A DNA stretch of 63,685 bases, counting the filler, from Octopus bimaculoides (taxonomy: Eukaryota): the NCBI RefSeq assembly GCF_001194135.2. It is 7 parts of 7 records of this genome, joined end to end, with 100 filler letters (N's around TTAATTAATTAA, not from the genome) between each part and the next. Parts side by side here need not be neighbours in the genome. Positions count along the whole stretch, not along the records: positions 7,924 to 28,102 come from NC_068991.1; positions 28,203 to 32,384 come from NC_069003.1; positions 32,485 to 37,331 come from NW_026426926.1; 4 more parts are not named here. One strand, given 5' to 3'. This document shows, piece after piece, positions 24,604 through 36,227 of the stretch. A program made the translations under genes and the position numbers. The stretch's first letter is position 1; each line of letters begins with the position of its first letter. The notes beneath the pieces are model-generated. The model was not told the origin of the DNA and did not search any database. It saw only the letters and a program-made list of their open reading frames with translations.

Positions 24604-24865
24604 ACACGTAAATTTGTACGCATTTAACTCCTTACATACACACATATATGTATATGTACATATACACACGCATATACATAGGTACACGTGTATATATACG
24701 CACGCTTAAACACACACAGTACAGATGACCTTAAAACAACTGAAAGAAAGAAGAAGAGAAACTATTCGCACTAAATTCCATAGTTTTTACATTATTTCTC
24801 TTCCTCCTCTTTGCATATCGTTGTTTCTATATTTCTTTGGCCTCACCCCCTGCCACTCTCTCTCT

Positions 24866-24933
<68 letters not shown>

Positions 24934-25490
24934 GACGTACATATATGCACATAATACTTACATAATATATATGTGTATATATACATCACCCAAAGAAATG
25001 CACGCGTGAATATGTATATATATNNNNNNNNNNNNNNNNNNNNNNNNNNNNNNNNNNNNNNNNNNNNNNNNNNNNNNNNNNNNNNNNNNNNNNNNNNNNN
25101 NNNNNNNNNNNNNNNNNNNNNNNNNNNNNNNNNNNNNNNNNNNNNNNNNNNNNNNNNNNNNNNNNNNNNNNNNNNNNNNNNNNNNNNNNNNNNNNNNNNN
25201 NNNNNNNNNNNNNNNNNNNNNNNNNNNNNNNNNNNNNNNNNNNNNNNNNNNNNNNNNNNNNNNNNNNNNNNNNNNNNNNNNNNNNNNNNNNNNNNNNNNN
25301 NNNNNNNNNNNNNNNNNNNNNNNNNNNNNNNNNNNNNNNNNNNNNNNNNNNNNNNNNNNNNNNNNNNNNNNNNNNNNNNNNNNNNNNNNNNNNNNNNNNN
25401 NNNNNNNNNNNNNNNCATAGATGTGGGATAAGGTGGGACAAAATAGTACTCGAATACCGGAGGTAGAATAATGTTTTATTATTAGAGCGG

Positions 25491-25623
25491 CAAAAACATC
25501 ACCAAAATATCACAAAAGACTGCTACTCAGAGTTTCACTTTCCCATTGTATGATCACAAGTGCCCGATGAACGGTAACGTGAAACTCCGAGTAGCAGATT
25601 TTGTGATATTTTTTGATGTTTTG
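25491..25623. repeat. Inverted repeat of about 46 bp, one arm continuing into a hammerhead-like motif (25561-25596)
   Basis: 25491-25538 pairs with 25579-25623. The plus strand reads TGC-CCGATGA-ACG-GTAA-CGT-GAA-ACT-CCG-AGT-A-GCA. Confidence 0.7.
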
Positions 25624-26346
25624 TGTGTGTGTGCGTGTGTGTGTGTGTGTGTGCGTGTGTGTATGTGTGTGTGTGTGTGTGCGTGTGTGTGTGTGTACGT
25701 GTGTGTGTGTTCTCTGGGCATTTGTGCTCCCCAAACATTTATAAAATATGTGGTCCCGAGGAAACATCATCGACGAATTAACAAAGAGAATCTTTAAGAG
25801 AATTTTATTGATGCTTAAAATGGAAGGTAGAAGGAAACACTGGAAGCATCTAGAACAGTCGTGATAGACGACGGCGACGACAACGAAGGTGATCATGGAG
25901 GAGCAATCGAAGGAGGGGGCGACGAGAAAGAAGAAGAAAGGAAATATGGAACAATGAAAGTAAAACAATTGAAAATATGAATAAAAACACAATTGTATAG
26001 ATTTAGAAAGAAAAGGCCAGAAAGTGAGAAAGAAAAGAATAACGAAAGAATGAAAGAAAGGAACATTGAGAGGCAATGAAGGAAAGAGAAAGAGAGTGGG
26101 GGGAGCAAAATAAACCGGAAACGAACGACGATCAGCGAAAAGAAAGGAAGAAGCCGCAAAGAAAGTGAAATAAAACAAACAACAGGAACAAAGCTATTAA
26201 CACAACAATGTGTTGTCATTTATTGTGTCCCTACCGGAGGGAGCAGGTTCGCTGTGTACGTGTGTGTATTCGTATGTAAGTGGGTGCTTCTGTGCGTGTA
26301 TGTTTGTGTGTGTTTGTGTGCGTATGTGTGCGTATGTCTGTTTGTT

Positions 26347-26380
<34 letters not shown>

Positions 26381-27348
26381 NNNNNNNNNNNNNNNNNNNN
26401 NNNNNNNNNNNNNNNNNNNNNNNNNNNNNNNNNNNNNNNNNNNNNNNNNNNNNNNNNNNNNNNNNNNNNNNNNNNNNNNNNNNNNNNNNNNNNNNNNNNN
26501 NNNNNNNNNNNNNNNNNNNNNNNNNNNNNNNNNNNNNNNNNNNNNNNNNNNNNNNNNNNNNNNNNNNNNNNNNNNNNNNNNNNNNNNNNNNNNNNNNNNN
26601 NNNNNNNNNNNNNNNNNNNNNNNNNNNNNNNNNNNNNNNNNNNNNNNNNNNNNNNNNNNNNNNNNNNNNNNNNNNNNNNNNNNNNNNNNNNNNNNNNNNN
26701 NNNNNNNNNNNNNNNNNNNNNNNNNNNNNNNNNNNNNNNNNNNNNNNNNNNNNNNNNNNNNNNNNNNNNNNNNNNNNNNNNNNNNNNNNNNNNNNNNNNN
26801 NNNNNNNNNNNNNNNNNNNNNNNNNNNNNNNNNNNNNNNNNNNNNNNNNNNNNNNNNNNNNNNNNNNNNNNNNNNNNNNNNNNNNNNNNNNNNNNNNNNN
26901 NNNNNNNNNNNNNNNNNNNNNNNNNNNNNNNNNNNNNNNNNNNNNNNNNNNNNNNNNNNNNNNNNNNNNNNNNNNNNNNNNNNNNNNNNNNNNNNNNNNN
27001 NNNNNNNNNNNNNNNNNNNNNNNNNNNNNNNNNNNNNNNNNNNNNNNNNNNNNNNNNNNNNNNNNNNNNNNNNNNNNNNNNNNNNNNNNNNNNNNNNNNN
27101 NNNNNNNNNNNNNNNNNNNNNNNNNNNNNNNNNNNNNNNNNNNNNNNNNNNNNNNNNNNNNNNNNNNNNNNNNNNNNNNNNNNNNNNNNNNNNNNNNNNN
27201 NNNNNNNNNNNNNNNNNNNNNNNNNNNNNNNNNNNNNNNNNNNNNNNNNNNNNNNNNNNNNNNNNNNNNNNNNNNNNNNNNNNNNNNNNNNNNNNNNNNN
27301 NNNNNNNNNNNNNNNNNNNNNNNNNNNNNNACACACACACACACACGC

Positions 27349-27396
<48 letters not shown>

Positions 27397-27432
27397 ATGG
27401 GTGTCTGTGTTTGTCACCACCACCGCCACCAT

Positions 27433-27612
27433 CACTTGACAACCGATGTTGATGTGTTTACGTCCCCGTAACTTAGCGGTTCGGCAAAAGAATCTGATAG
27501 AATAAATACCAGGCTTACAAACGATATGTCGTTGGGGGTGGGGGTCGATCTGTTCGACTAAAGGCGCTGCTCCAGCATGGCCACAGTCAAATGACTGAAA
27601 CAAGTAAAAGAA
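27433..27612 (+). mobile_element. SINE family C 3' module
   Basis: cttgacaaccgatgttgatgtgtttacgtccccgtaacttagcggttcggc...ccagcatggccacagtcaaatgactgaaacaagtaaaaga. Confidence 0.9.
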
Positions 27613-27635
27613 TAAAAGGATGTGTGTGTGTGTGT

Positions 27636-27670
<35 letters not shown>

Positions 27671-27764
27671 CAGACAGATGATTTACATGACGAAACGTTC
27701 ATTATCTGCTTTCCTTCCTATTTTTTTTACTATTTATATTCATATCTTATGGAGATCTATCATT

Positions 27765-28102
27765 ATTATCATTATTATTATTCAGTAGTTTTATTTTTAT
27801 AACGTACTTTCACTTCACTACCGAGCGCAGCTCTGTGCGCCTTGGGTATGTGCTGTGGTTTGCTGTGGTGCTCTTATGTTTACTGTATTGAAAGTGTTTT
27901 GCGTAGAATGTGTGCAGTACCCAGTAGTGCAATTTTCTGTATGTTATATATATTTGTAAGTCCTGCTATTTTTGTTATGTATTTGTCTGAATATTTTTTT
28001 ATTATACCTAAGGCACCTACTATGATAGGAATTGTTTCTGTTTTTAGATTCCACATTCGAGTTATCTCTATTTCCAGGTCTTTGTATTTTGAAAGATTTT
28101 CC
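27765..28102 (-). mobile_element. 3' end of an R4-clade (RLE) LINE with (TAA)n tail
   Basis: Minus translation KYKDLEIEITRMWNLKTETIPIIVGALGIIKK...IQKIALLGTAHILRKTLSIQ*, followed by a UTR and TAA repeats. It is truncated by a gap. Confidence 0.85.
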
Positions 28103-28744
28103 NNNNNNNNNNNNNNNNNNNNNNNNNNNNNNNNNNNNNNNNNNNNTTAATTAATTAANNNNNNNNNNNNNNNNNNNNNNNNNNNNNNNNNNNNNNNNNN
28201 NNTATATATAGGTAAGTGGTAGGTTTGCCTCGATCCTTCAGGGGTAGTCTGAAGCATCCAAGCAACCAGGGGATGTTTAAATCCGGAGGCACTCCTGGGG
28301 ATCACCTGTATGGGTACAGTCTTGGGAAGAGGGCGTCCAGAGGCAGGTAATATGTTGCTTAAACCGTAGTTTATGTATTTACTTGGAGAATGGAGCAACA
28401 AATACAAGAAAAAGCATTTTCGTTGGACTAGATAGCCATTGTTTTATTATGTGGAACTTGTGAAATGAGTCAGTGTGGAAGTTTAGGTTATGTAATGAGT
28501 CATTTTGTATATTAAGACATAATATACAAAATGACTCGGAATTTAACTTTTCGTTTCAATATATACTCACACACACTGAAATAAAAACATATGCACATAT
28601 ATACGCACACGCACACACAAAGAGATAGATAGATAGATATAGACACACAAACAATAATAAACAAACAAGAACAGACAGACAGACAGACAGATAAGCACAG
28701 AGACATGAAAAAATGCTACGGCATGAAAATATTGATTTATAGGT

Positions 28745-29040
28745 ACACTAGCAGAAATACCCGGCGTTGCCCGTGTTACATGCAATTGAAGAATGAGACT
28801 TTTCTGTTATATTTTCTTTAAGGAACTGGAATACCTATGATTCGAATTTCATCAAAATTGCACATGAGGGTTCTTTCCCTCTTTACACACCCTAAAAAAA
28901 TTTGCGCATATTCCAAAATTCCAGTCCTCTGGAACCTATAAAAAAGATTTTGCTCATGCAAAATGGGGCTCATGGAGCTGAAAAATGTGGGAATGAAGGC
29001 CCCTATTGGTGGTGGGTGTGTTAATGTCAACCAGAGAAGT
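28745..29040 (+). mobile_element. Helitron-like non-autonomous element fragment
   Basis: Begins ACTAGCAGAAATACCCGGCGTTGCCCG, a terminal motif I associate with animal Helitron-like elements. A similar end lies at 47430 on minus. Confidence 0.45.
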
Positions 29041-29337
29041 TGAATTGTTGGGAATCTTTTAAACTTGGGTCTTATATGTATTGTTTGNNNNNNNNNNNNN
29101 NNNNNNNNNNNNAATCAGTCAGCTACCCTAGCCTAGTCGTTACTACTCCCCAATGTAGGATTCCTCACCATACAGGTGACAGGTACAGCTTTAAGATGCA
29201 TTATGGATCTATAGCAATTGGAAGGGCATGACCCAATTGAAATAACATGTGACGTTTGGAGTAAAGGGAAATGAAAGTGTTGCTTCTGGAGTTTGCAAAT
29301 GACCACTATATCGATAGGTAACTGGGCAGAAAAAATT

Positions 29338-29752
29338 CTTTTACTTGTTTCAGTCATTTGACTGCAGCCATGCTGGAGCACCACCTTTACTCGAGCAAAT
29401 TGACCCCAGGACTTATTCTTTGTAAGCCTAGTATTTATTCTATTGGTCTCTTTTGCCGAACTGCTAGTTTACGGGGACATAAACACACCAGCATCGGTTG
29501 TCAAGAGAGAATGGGGGGGACAAGCACAGACACGCAAACATATACACACACATACATATACATATATATATATATATATACATATACACGACGGGCTTCT
29601 TTCAGTTTCCATCTACCAAATCCACTCACAAGGCTTTGGTCAGCCGGAGGCTATAGTAGAAGACACTTGCTCAAGGTGCCACGCAGTGGGACTCAACCCG
29701 GAACCATGTAGTTGGTAAGCAAGCTACTTACCACACAGCTACTCCTGTGCTT
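29338..29752 (-). mobile_element. Full-length family C SINE with internal (TA/CA)n microsatellite
   Basis: tRNA-like head at 29752-29590, dinucleotide tract at about 29530-29588, 3' module at 29520-29338. Confidence 0.9.
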
Positions 29753-30212
29753 GTATATTCACATATTTAAAAGGGTTCTCGCTTATTTCTGTTGAAACAA
29801 TGTCTCAAACTGTATCGATTTGTAAAACTATCACAAAAACCTATTATGGATGCTACATTTGTTCTGAGAGTTCAACACACATTTTTTTGTCACCAGCTTA
29901 CACCAGAGAACTCTTGTATAGACTAGGGACTTCGATCAGCTTTAGACAGGTCAGTGAATATTCAAGGTTTCTATTTACTGTAAACTTTCAATATACATCA
30001 ACTGGTTCTTATTGATTCAAAAAAGCAGTGCTTCAATATAATTATATTGCCTTCTTATAGTGTAACCTCAGAAACACAAAAACTTGAAATAAAAATGTCT
30101 GCTAAACAATTATCACAAAAGGCTTAGAGTTTACGGAGGGTGTATTGATGTAATTCATATTTGTCCACTATTTTACTACTCATTTTGCCTTTGAACTTTT
30201 CATAGTTGAATT

Positions 30213-30272
30213 GACTACAATAGAATTAACTACAATAGAATTAACTACAATAGAATTAACTACAATAGAATT
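30213..30272 (+). repeat. 15-bp minisatellite (TTAACTACAATAGAA) x4
   Basis: Seen directly. Confidence 0.9.
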
Positions 30273-30321
30273 GATATGTGTGAGCATGGAGAGAAGGCTT
30301 CGAGCTTCAGGACAGAAATAA

Positions 30322-31028
30322 GCCTTTAGCATTTAAACCAGGCATATCTGGCCAAAATAGTCTACAGGTTTTATGGTTAAACTGGTCAGGTCCTGCCTCT
30401 CACACCTACCCTTCAATGTCATTCACAAAGCGAACAATAACATCATTGAAATCTCAGTGCTGTGATATAATGCATGACTAATTCAAAGCAGTATGAATCG
30501 TCGTCATCATCATCATTTAACGTCTGCTTTCCATGCTAGCATGGGTTGGACGATTTGACTGAGGACTGGCGAACCAGATGGCTGCACCAGGCTCCAATCT
30601 GATCTGGCAGAGTTTCTACAGCTGGATGCTCTTCCTAACACCAACCAATGCGAGAGTGTAGTGGGTGCTTTTACGTGCCACCAGCACGAGGGCCAGTCAA
30701 GCAGTACTGGCAACGGCCACGCTCAAGTGGTGTTTTTTACATGCCACCCACACAGGAGCCAGTCCAGCGGCACTGGCAACGACCTCGCTAAAATGTTTTT
30801 TCACGTGCCACCGGCACAAGTGCCAGTAAGGCGACGCTGCTAACGAACACGTTCGAATGGTGCTCTTTACGTGCCACCAGCACGGACGCGAGTCAGCTGC
30901 TCTGACAGCGATCACGCTCGGATGGTGCTGTTAGCCCTCCACTGGCACGGGTGCCAGTCATTGAATTTGCGAATTTGATTTGATTAAATAAGTATTACAT
31001 TTGATAGAGAAATTAAAATGCTAAGGGG
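30322..31028. mobile_element. TTAA-type (piggyBac-like) MITE interrupted by a retroposon
   Basis: Ends are gcctttagcattt... and ...aaatgctaaggggTTAA. The body is split at 30498/30986 by the RTE-like insert. Confidence 0.65.
30499..30985 (-). mobile_element. RTE-tail-type retroposon (family D) with internal tandem units of about 70 bp
   Basis: The (GAT)n tail is at the left end, then tttccatgctagcatgggttggacg...ggatgctcttcctaacaccaacc. Copies occur at 32148, 34708, 35848 and 33975. Confidence 0.85.
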
Positions 31029-31227
31029 TTAAAAGGGAACGACAGACCTGTGGGTATAGCCTAATTGATTGATGCAGAACCCATATTCCACAGGTCTGTG
31101 AAATTTGTGTCATGCTCCATAACAAATATGACCTTGGAGTTTACACAACAACCACCACTTCTGTTGTTACTACAACTACTACTACTTCTACACCTGCCAC
31201 ATCACATGACTTATGAATAACACTGAC

Positions 31228-31356
31228 CAATTGTGTTGATTATGACCTCTTGGAATTTCCTCTCCATTTCAGTTTTCTCTGCTTCCTCATACTTGGAATC
31301 AACAGATACCCTAAGGTGTCGTAGAAGTGTATCAAATACTTCCAGCACTGATGGAC
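31228..31356 (-). CDS. EFR3: EFR3 homolog, internal exon (GPSVLEVFDTLLRHLRVSVDSKYEEAEKTEMERKFQEVIINTIG)
   Basis: Acceptor ttcttttcttgtag|, donor TTG|GTCAGT, 129 nt, phase 1-1. It matches the recalled EFR3A segment GPTVLEVFNTLLKHLRLSV...AIIQTIG. Confidence 0.92.
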
Positions 31357-31913
31357 CTACAAGAAAAGAAAGAAATATTCTTAGATTTTCATATCAAGCA
31401 TAGGTTTCAAAGACAAAATAACAAATAAACAAAATTGGCAATCTGTGTAGCATACTTAATGCAGATACATCACAGAAAGCCAAATTAAATGTGGGTTTCT
31501 GCCAAGTTTTGGCTGTTATTTCTTGTAGAAGTACCACATAAGCTCATGTTGTAGTTGCTTGATGCGTGGTAAACTGACCAATGGCTAAAGACATTCCAGT
31601 TTTGACCAATCTGATTATTAAAGGGGTACATTATTCAATATGACCTTTTCATAACTGCAGCATGGCTGAATGGTTAAGAAGTTCCCTTTGCAAACATGAG
31701 AATCGAAACCGCGATCTAATGACCACGAGTCCGCTGCCCTAACCACTGGGCCATTGCGGCTCCACAGTCAGTATTTCTAATCAGTGAAGAAACTACAGAG
31801 AGGCCACCTCTCTGATGGAATGGTATGAGGTGCAACATAAAATATTACTACGATTCGAAGTAAATAGCCATGGAAACGAAGATTTTTTATTTTTTTTATT
31901 TGGAAGAACTTAC

Positions 31914-32049
31914 CGACAGATCCACCAGCGGCAATTAATACTGTTTGGAAAAGAACGTCTATAATGTTGGCTTTGATCATCGGTTCACTCTTCTGATGTG
32001 TGTCTAGGTGACTCATCAACATCTGTAGAACCAAGTAACTGTATTTTGC
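31914..32049 (-). CDS. EFR3: EFR3 homolog, internal exon (AKYSYLVLQMLMSHLDTHQKSEPMIKANIIDVLFQTVLIAAGGSVG)
   Basis: Acceptor ttctgtcttttgtatttgcag|, donor TCG|GTAAGT, 136 nt, phase 0-1. It splices in frame to 31356 across a 557-bp intron and matches the recalled EFR3A segment AQYSHHVIQEILGHLD...RAGIIQVLLEAVAIAAKGSIG. Confidence 0.92.
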
Positions 32050-32147
32050 CTGCAAATACAAAAGACAGAATATAAAAGACAGGACCAGGTGGCGGCTTCA
32101 GGATTGATCGTAAACGAATAATGAATAATGACTGACTTAGAGATGAT

Positions 32148-32384
32148 AATCATCATCATCATCATCATCATCGTTTAACGTCCGCTTTCCATGCTAGCAT
32201 GGGTTGGACGATTTGACTGAGGACTGGTGAAACCGGATGGCAACACCAGGCTCCAGTCTGATTTGGCAGAGTTTCTACAGCTGGATGCCCTTCCTAACGC
32301 CAACCACTCAGAGAGTGTAGTGGGTGCTTTTACGTGTCACCCGCACGAAAACGGCCACGCTCGAAATGGTGTCTTTTATGTGCC
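32148..32384 (-). mobile_element. Family D retroposon copy, truncated by gap
   Basis: High identity to 30499-30700. Confidence 0.9.
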
Positions 32385-33563
32385 NNNNNNNNNNNNNNNN
32401 NNNNNNNNNNNNNNNNNNNNNNNNNNNNTTAATTAATTAANNNNNNNNNNNNNNNNNNNNNNNNNNNNNNNNNNNNNNNNNNNNTCACAACGCCCGGTCT
32501 GAGAATCGAAACCGCGATCCTATGACCGCAAGTCTGATGCCCTAACAACTGGGTCATTTCGCCTCCACATGAAGAAGATGGATAGATAGATAGACTGACA
32601 GGCAGGCTGACAAAATAGACAGAGAGACACAGAATGATCAACCCTTAAATAGGCAGATTGATTAACAAAATGGCTAAGCAAAGAATAAAAATATATAACC
32701 AATCAGGTTAATCTATTAACCTTTTGCCCCAAATATGTGGCTCTAAGCTTGAATTAAAAACTACAACCATCATCACCACCACCACCACCGCTGCCGCTAG
32801 CATCATCATCATTATTGCTGTTGTTGTTGCTGCAGTTTTGCTATTTTGTCTGACAGAGTTTCACGTCAACATAAGAAGAGCACATAATTTTGGCTTCTCT
32901 AGCACAAGTGGATAAGACAAACATATTCACCTTGCAGTAGTACATCAGTTGCTTACAGCAGAAAACATGTAATTGAAATCAGTCACACAAGCAAGCAGTT
33001 CCATTATTAATTCTACGTGTGTATTTGTATGACTGTGAGAGAGAGAGTGTGTGTGTGTGCTTGTTAGCAGATATATTACAAACCTACACATGTGGACTTA
33101 TATAATTTGAACACACACTTCACATTCTCTTAAAGTTTCTAAATTCTTATGACGTATACAATGTATGTATGTATGCATGTATATAACATGTACATATTGG
33201 AAATATTATTGTAGATATCATGCAAACAGATAGATATTAAAATTATTATATGATATTAAAACATACCGAGAGGAAAAGTATTTATATAGATAAAAAAAAA
33301 TAAATAAAGATTAATTTAATTAAGTCTTTAAGGTAATAATTTCTTGTTACAAGCTTATTAAGAATATAATGTAATAAGTATAAATTAATTAATTACTGTA
33401 CATACATGAGTGTGCATGTGTATGATATGTGTAAATCCACCTATCTATCTATCTGTCTGTCTGTCATTTTATCTAAACAAATGTATCATATGTTCTCCAT
33501 GCCAGCATGGAGAATGGACGTTGAGTGATGAAGTGATGATGACAATCATATATACATATGTAT

Positions 33564-33606
<43 letters not shown>

Positions 33607-34394
33607 TTGTATAATTCATGCATTCTATATATATATATAAAAATCTTTTTTTTTTTTTCCATAATGAGATAAAAAAAACCAAGGCTGTGAAGATTTTAGA
33701 ACATTTGTAAATAGACGGCCTTACAGTTGTTTCCAGGATATTTATTATATCCCTTCTCCATGTGGTAACTGGAGATCTCTCACTAAGGATTTTCAGTGAA
33801 AGGGAATCATGTAATATGGGAATTCTGGCACTCCTGACAAACATGATGCTTCTGCTACAATCTTTGTGGTTGCTTTTATGCGCCTAATGCTTAGATGATA
33901 GAATCTCTCAAGGCTAATAATGGAGAATTCAGTGTTCTAACAATACATTCATGTTAAGTTGGACATAGCTTGGTCTAACCCATGCTAGCATGGAAAGCAG
34001 ATGTTAAACGATGATGATGATATATATATTTTATGATACAATTAGATGACAATTTTTTTTCCAAATGCAGAAACACCGTTAGAACAGCAGAAATATTGGG
34101 TAAATCACCTTTACAAATTTTTCCTCTTTGTAAGGGTAGTTTACCAAAGATTTCTGCTTTTCTAATGGCGTTTCTGCATTTGGAAAAAAAAATCATTATC
34201 TAATTGTATCGTACTATACACGTTTTGATGCTTACAAAAACACAAATGCTAGTTTGTTTTTATGTATATATATACATGTATGTATATATATATATATATA
34301 TACACACACACATATACATATTCATACATACATATATATATTCATACATACATATATCTACACACACATTCATACATACATGCATATACACACA

Positions 34395-34690
34395 CATGTG
34401 AAGGTGCATCACTTAGTGGCCAGGATGATGCACTCACTACTGCAAATTCATGGTATTGATTCCCCAACAAACCATTGCATTGTGTTCTTGAGTAAAACAT
34501 TACATTTCACATTGCTCTACAATCATTTCATCATCTGACATGTGTCATGTACCTCTCAATTTGATGGAGGGAGTGGGCTTATGTGAACACAAACATTTGA
34601 TCACTATAAACAGATCATGCGTGTGGTTGTTCAACAAGAAATTGCAGAACCCTCAAATGTCATCTAATGATGAGAGAGTTCATTTTATAT
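34395..34690 (+). mobile_element. CORE-like SINE (family E); partial rc copy at 37135-37290
   Basis: Degenerate tRNA head, ttgtgttcttgagtaaaacatt CORE-like segment, and body aaacatttgatcactataaaca shared in rc with 37200-37225. Confidence 0.6.
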
Positions 34691-34707
34691 GTGTGTATGT
34701 ATATATA

Positions 34708-35008
34708 TCATCATCATCATCGTCGTCGTTTAACGTTCGCTTTCCATGCTAGCATGGGTTGGACGATTTGACTGAGGACTGGTGGACCAGGTGGCTACAC
34801 CAGGCTCCAATCTGATTTGGCAGAGTTTCTACAGCTGGATGCCCTTCCTAACGCCAACCACTCCGAGAGTGTAGTGGGTGCTTTTACATGCCACCGGCAC
34901 GAAGGCCAGTCAGGTGGTACTGGCAACGGCCACGCTCGAAATGGTGTATTTTACGTGTCACCTGTACAGGAACCAGTCCATCGGCACTGGCAATGATCTC
35001 GCTCGAAT
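34708..35008 (-). mobile_element. Family D retroposon copy
   Basis: High identity to 30499-30800. Confidence 0.9.
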
Positions 35009-35084
35009 ATATATAATCACATACATACAGACACATAAAAAAAACCCATCCTGTTATAAATACATATGTAAACATCAACAGAAA

Positions 35085-35467
35085 GAATACTGGTAGAACA
35101 TTCCCATCAAATCAACTGTAAACATAATAAGCTGTATATTGTTGTTTGGGACTCACAAGAAAAAGGATGTTCTGTCATACAGGTCAGCTGTCTTGCTGAT
35201 ATGAATGTCTCTTTGAAAATCAAAAAGAAAGAGGATAACTATGGACAGAGGTTTCAAAACCTCCAGCTTCTGTATACAGATTACAAATTTACATTTATAC
35301 TAATGATAATTGGTGAACTTGGTCTTGTGATTAAATGCCTGAGTGACAATCTGGAAAAGCTAGAACTTTCAGAAAAAGAAATCAACCAGCTAACATGTAC
35401 TTAATAAATACTATCAGTAAATGGAACGGTAAATGTATGTAAAACTTTTCTAAGTTCAAAATATGAT
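35085..35467 (+). mobile_element. Decayed RLE-type LINE C-terminus (second family; related relic at 40620-40800)
   Basis: IVVWDSQEKGCSVI.VSC..D.NVSLKIKKKEDNYG...IIGELG..IKCLSDNLEKL...SVNGTVNVCKTFLSSK. The 40620-40800 relic shares aaatgcc.agtgacaa.ctgga.aagctag. Confidence 0.65.
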
Positions 35468-35847
35468 ATTAGTTTTTTTATCTACATTCCAATGATGAAG
35501 CCTTGTATCTTTGTTAGAAACCAATTCCTTCATTGCAGGAAGACTTCAAATAATTAAATATAGAAGAGAACATATGTTGAACTGAATACTAATAAAAATA
35601 GTTTTAAGCACTATAAAAAAAAAACAACAGTAGGGTGTGATTTTGAATTCTACTTTTTGGTAATTATTTCAATTACTTAATTGTGCTTGTGTCAGTATTG
35701 ATTCTAAGCTCAGCCCAGTGAATTCACTTTATATACAAGAGAAGCCAGCCACATTCAGCAATCACAGATGTCCAATGGGAAGATTTTTAGTTACAATTCC
35801 AATAGTGACAACCATATATATATATGTATGTATATATACACACACCC

Positions 35848-36028
35848 ATGCTGGTGGCACGTAAAAAGCGTCCATTACATTTCTGGAGTCGTTGAAATTA
35901 GGAAGGGCATCCAGCCGTAGAAACCATGCCAAATTAGGGTGCAATTCACCAGCTTACCAGTTTCAGTCAAACTGTCTAACCCATGGCAGCATGAAAAGCA
36001 GATGCTAAATGATGATGATGATGATGAA
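35848..36028 (+). mobile_element. Family D retroposon copy (degenerate)
   Basis: ggcacgtaaaaagc...aggaagggcatccagccgtagaaac...ctaacccatggcagcatgaaaagcagatgctaaa(tga)n. Confidence 0.8.
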
Positions 36029-36227
36029 ACATGTTGAGTGACAGACTAGTTGGTTTGTTGTACTGGTCAAAACCATGAGTTTAAGAGTAATCAAAAAAAA
36101 ACCTGTTTAAGTTTACATAAAATACTGCAGTGAAATGCAACCATTTTAATAAGAATGCTTTCTGACATTTCAAAGACAAAGTCAAGATATATAAAGAAAA
36201 AAAATAATTTTAAATGATTTCACTTAC

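Noticed and set aside
29133-29340. Minus ORF and exon-like signals as a further EFR3 exon
   Set aside because: No frame matches the expected LPDYQ..EIM segment; it looks like a decayed RTE 3' end.
33725-33835. AG/GT-bounded minus segment between the nAChR and EFR3 exons
   Set aside because: The open frame resembles neither M3 nor EFR3, and its phase is incompatible with the nAChR donor.
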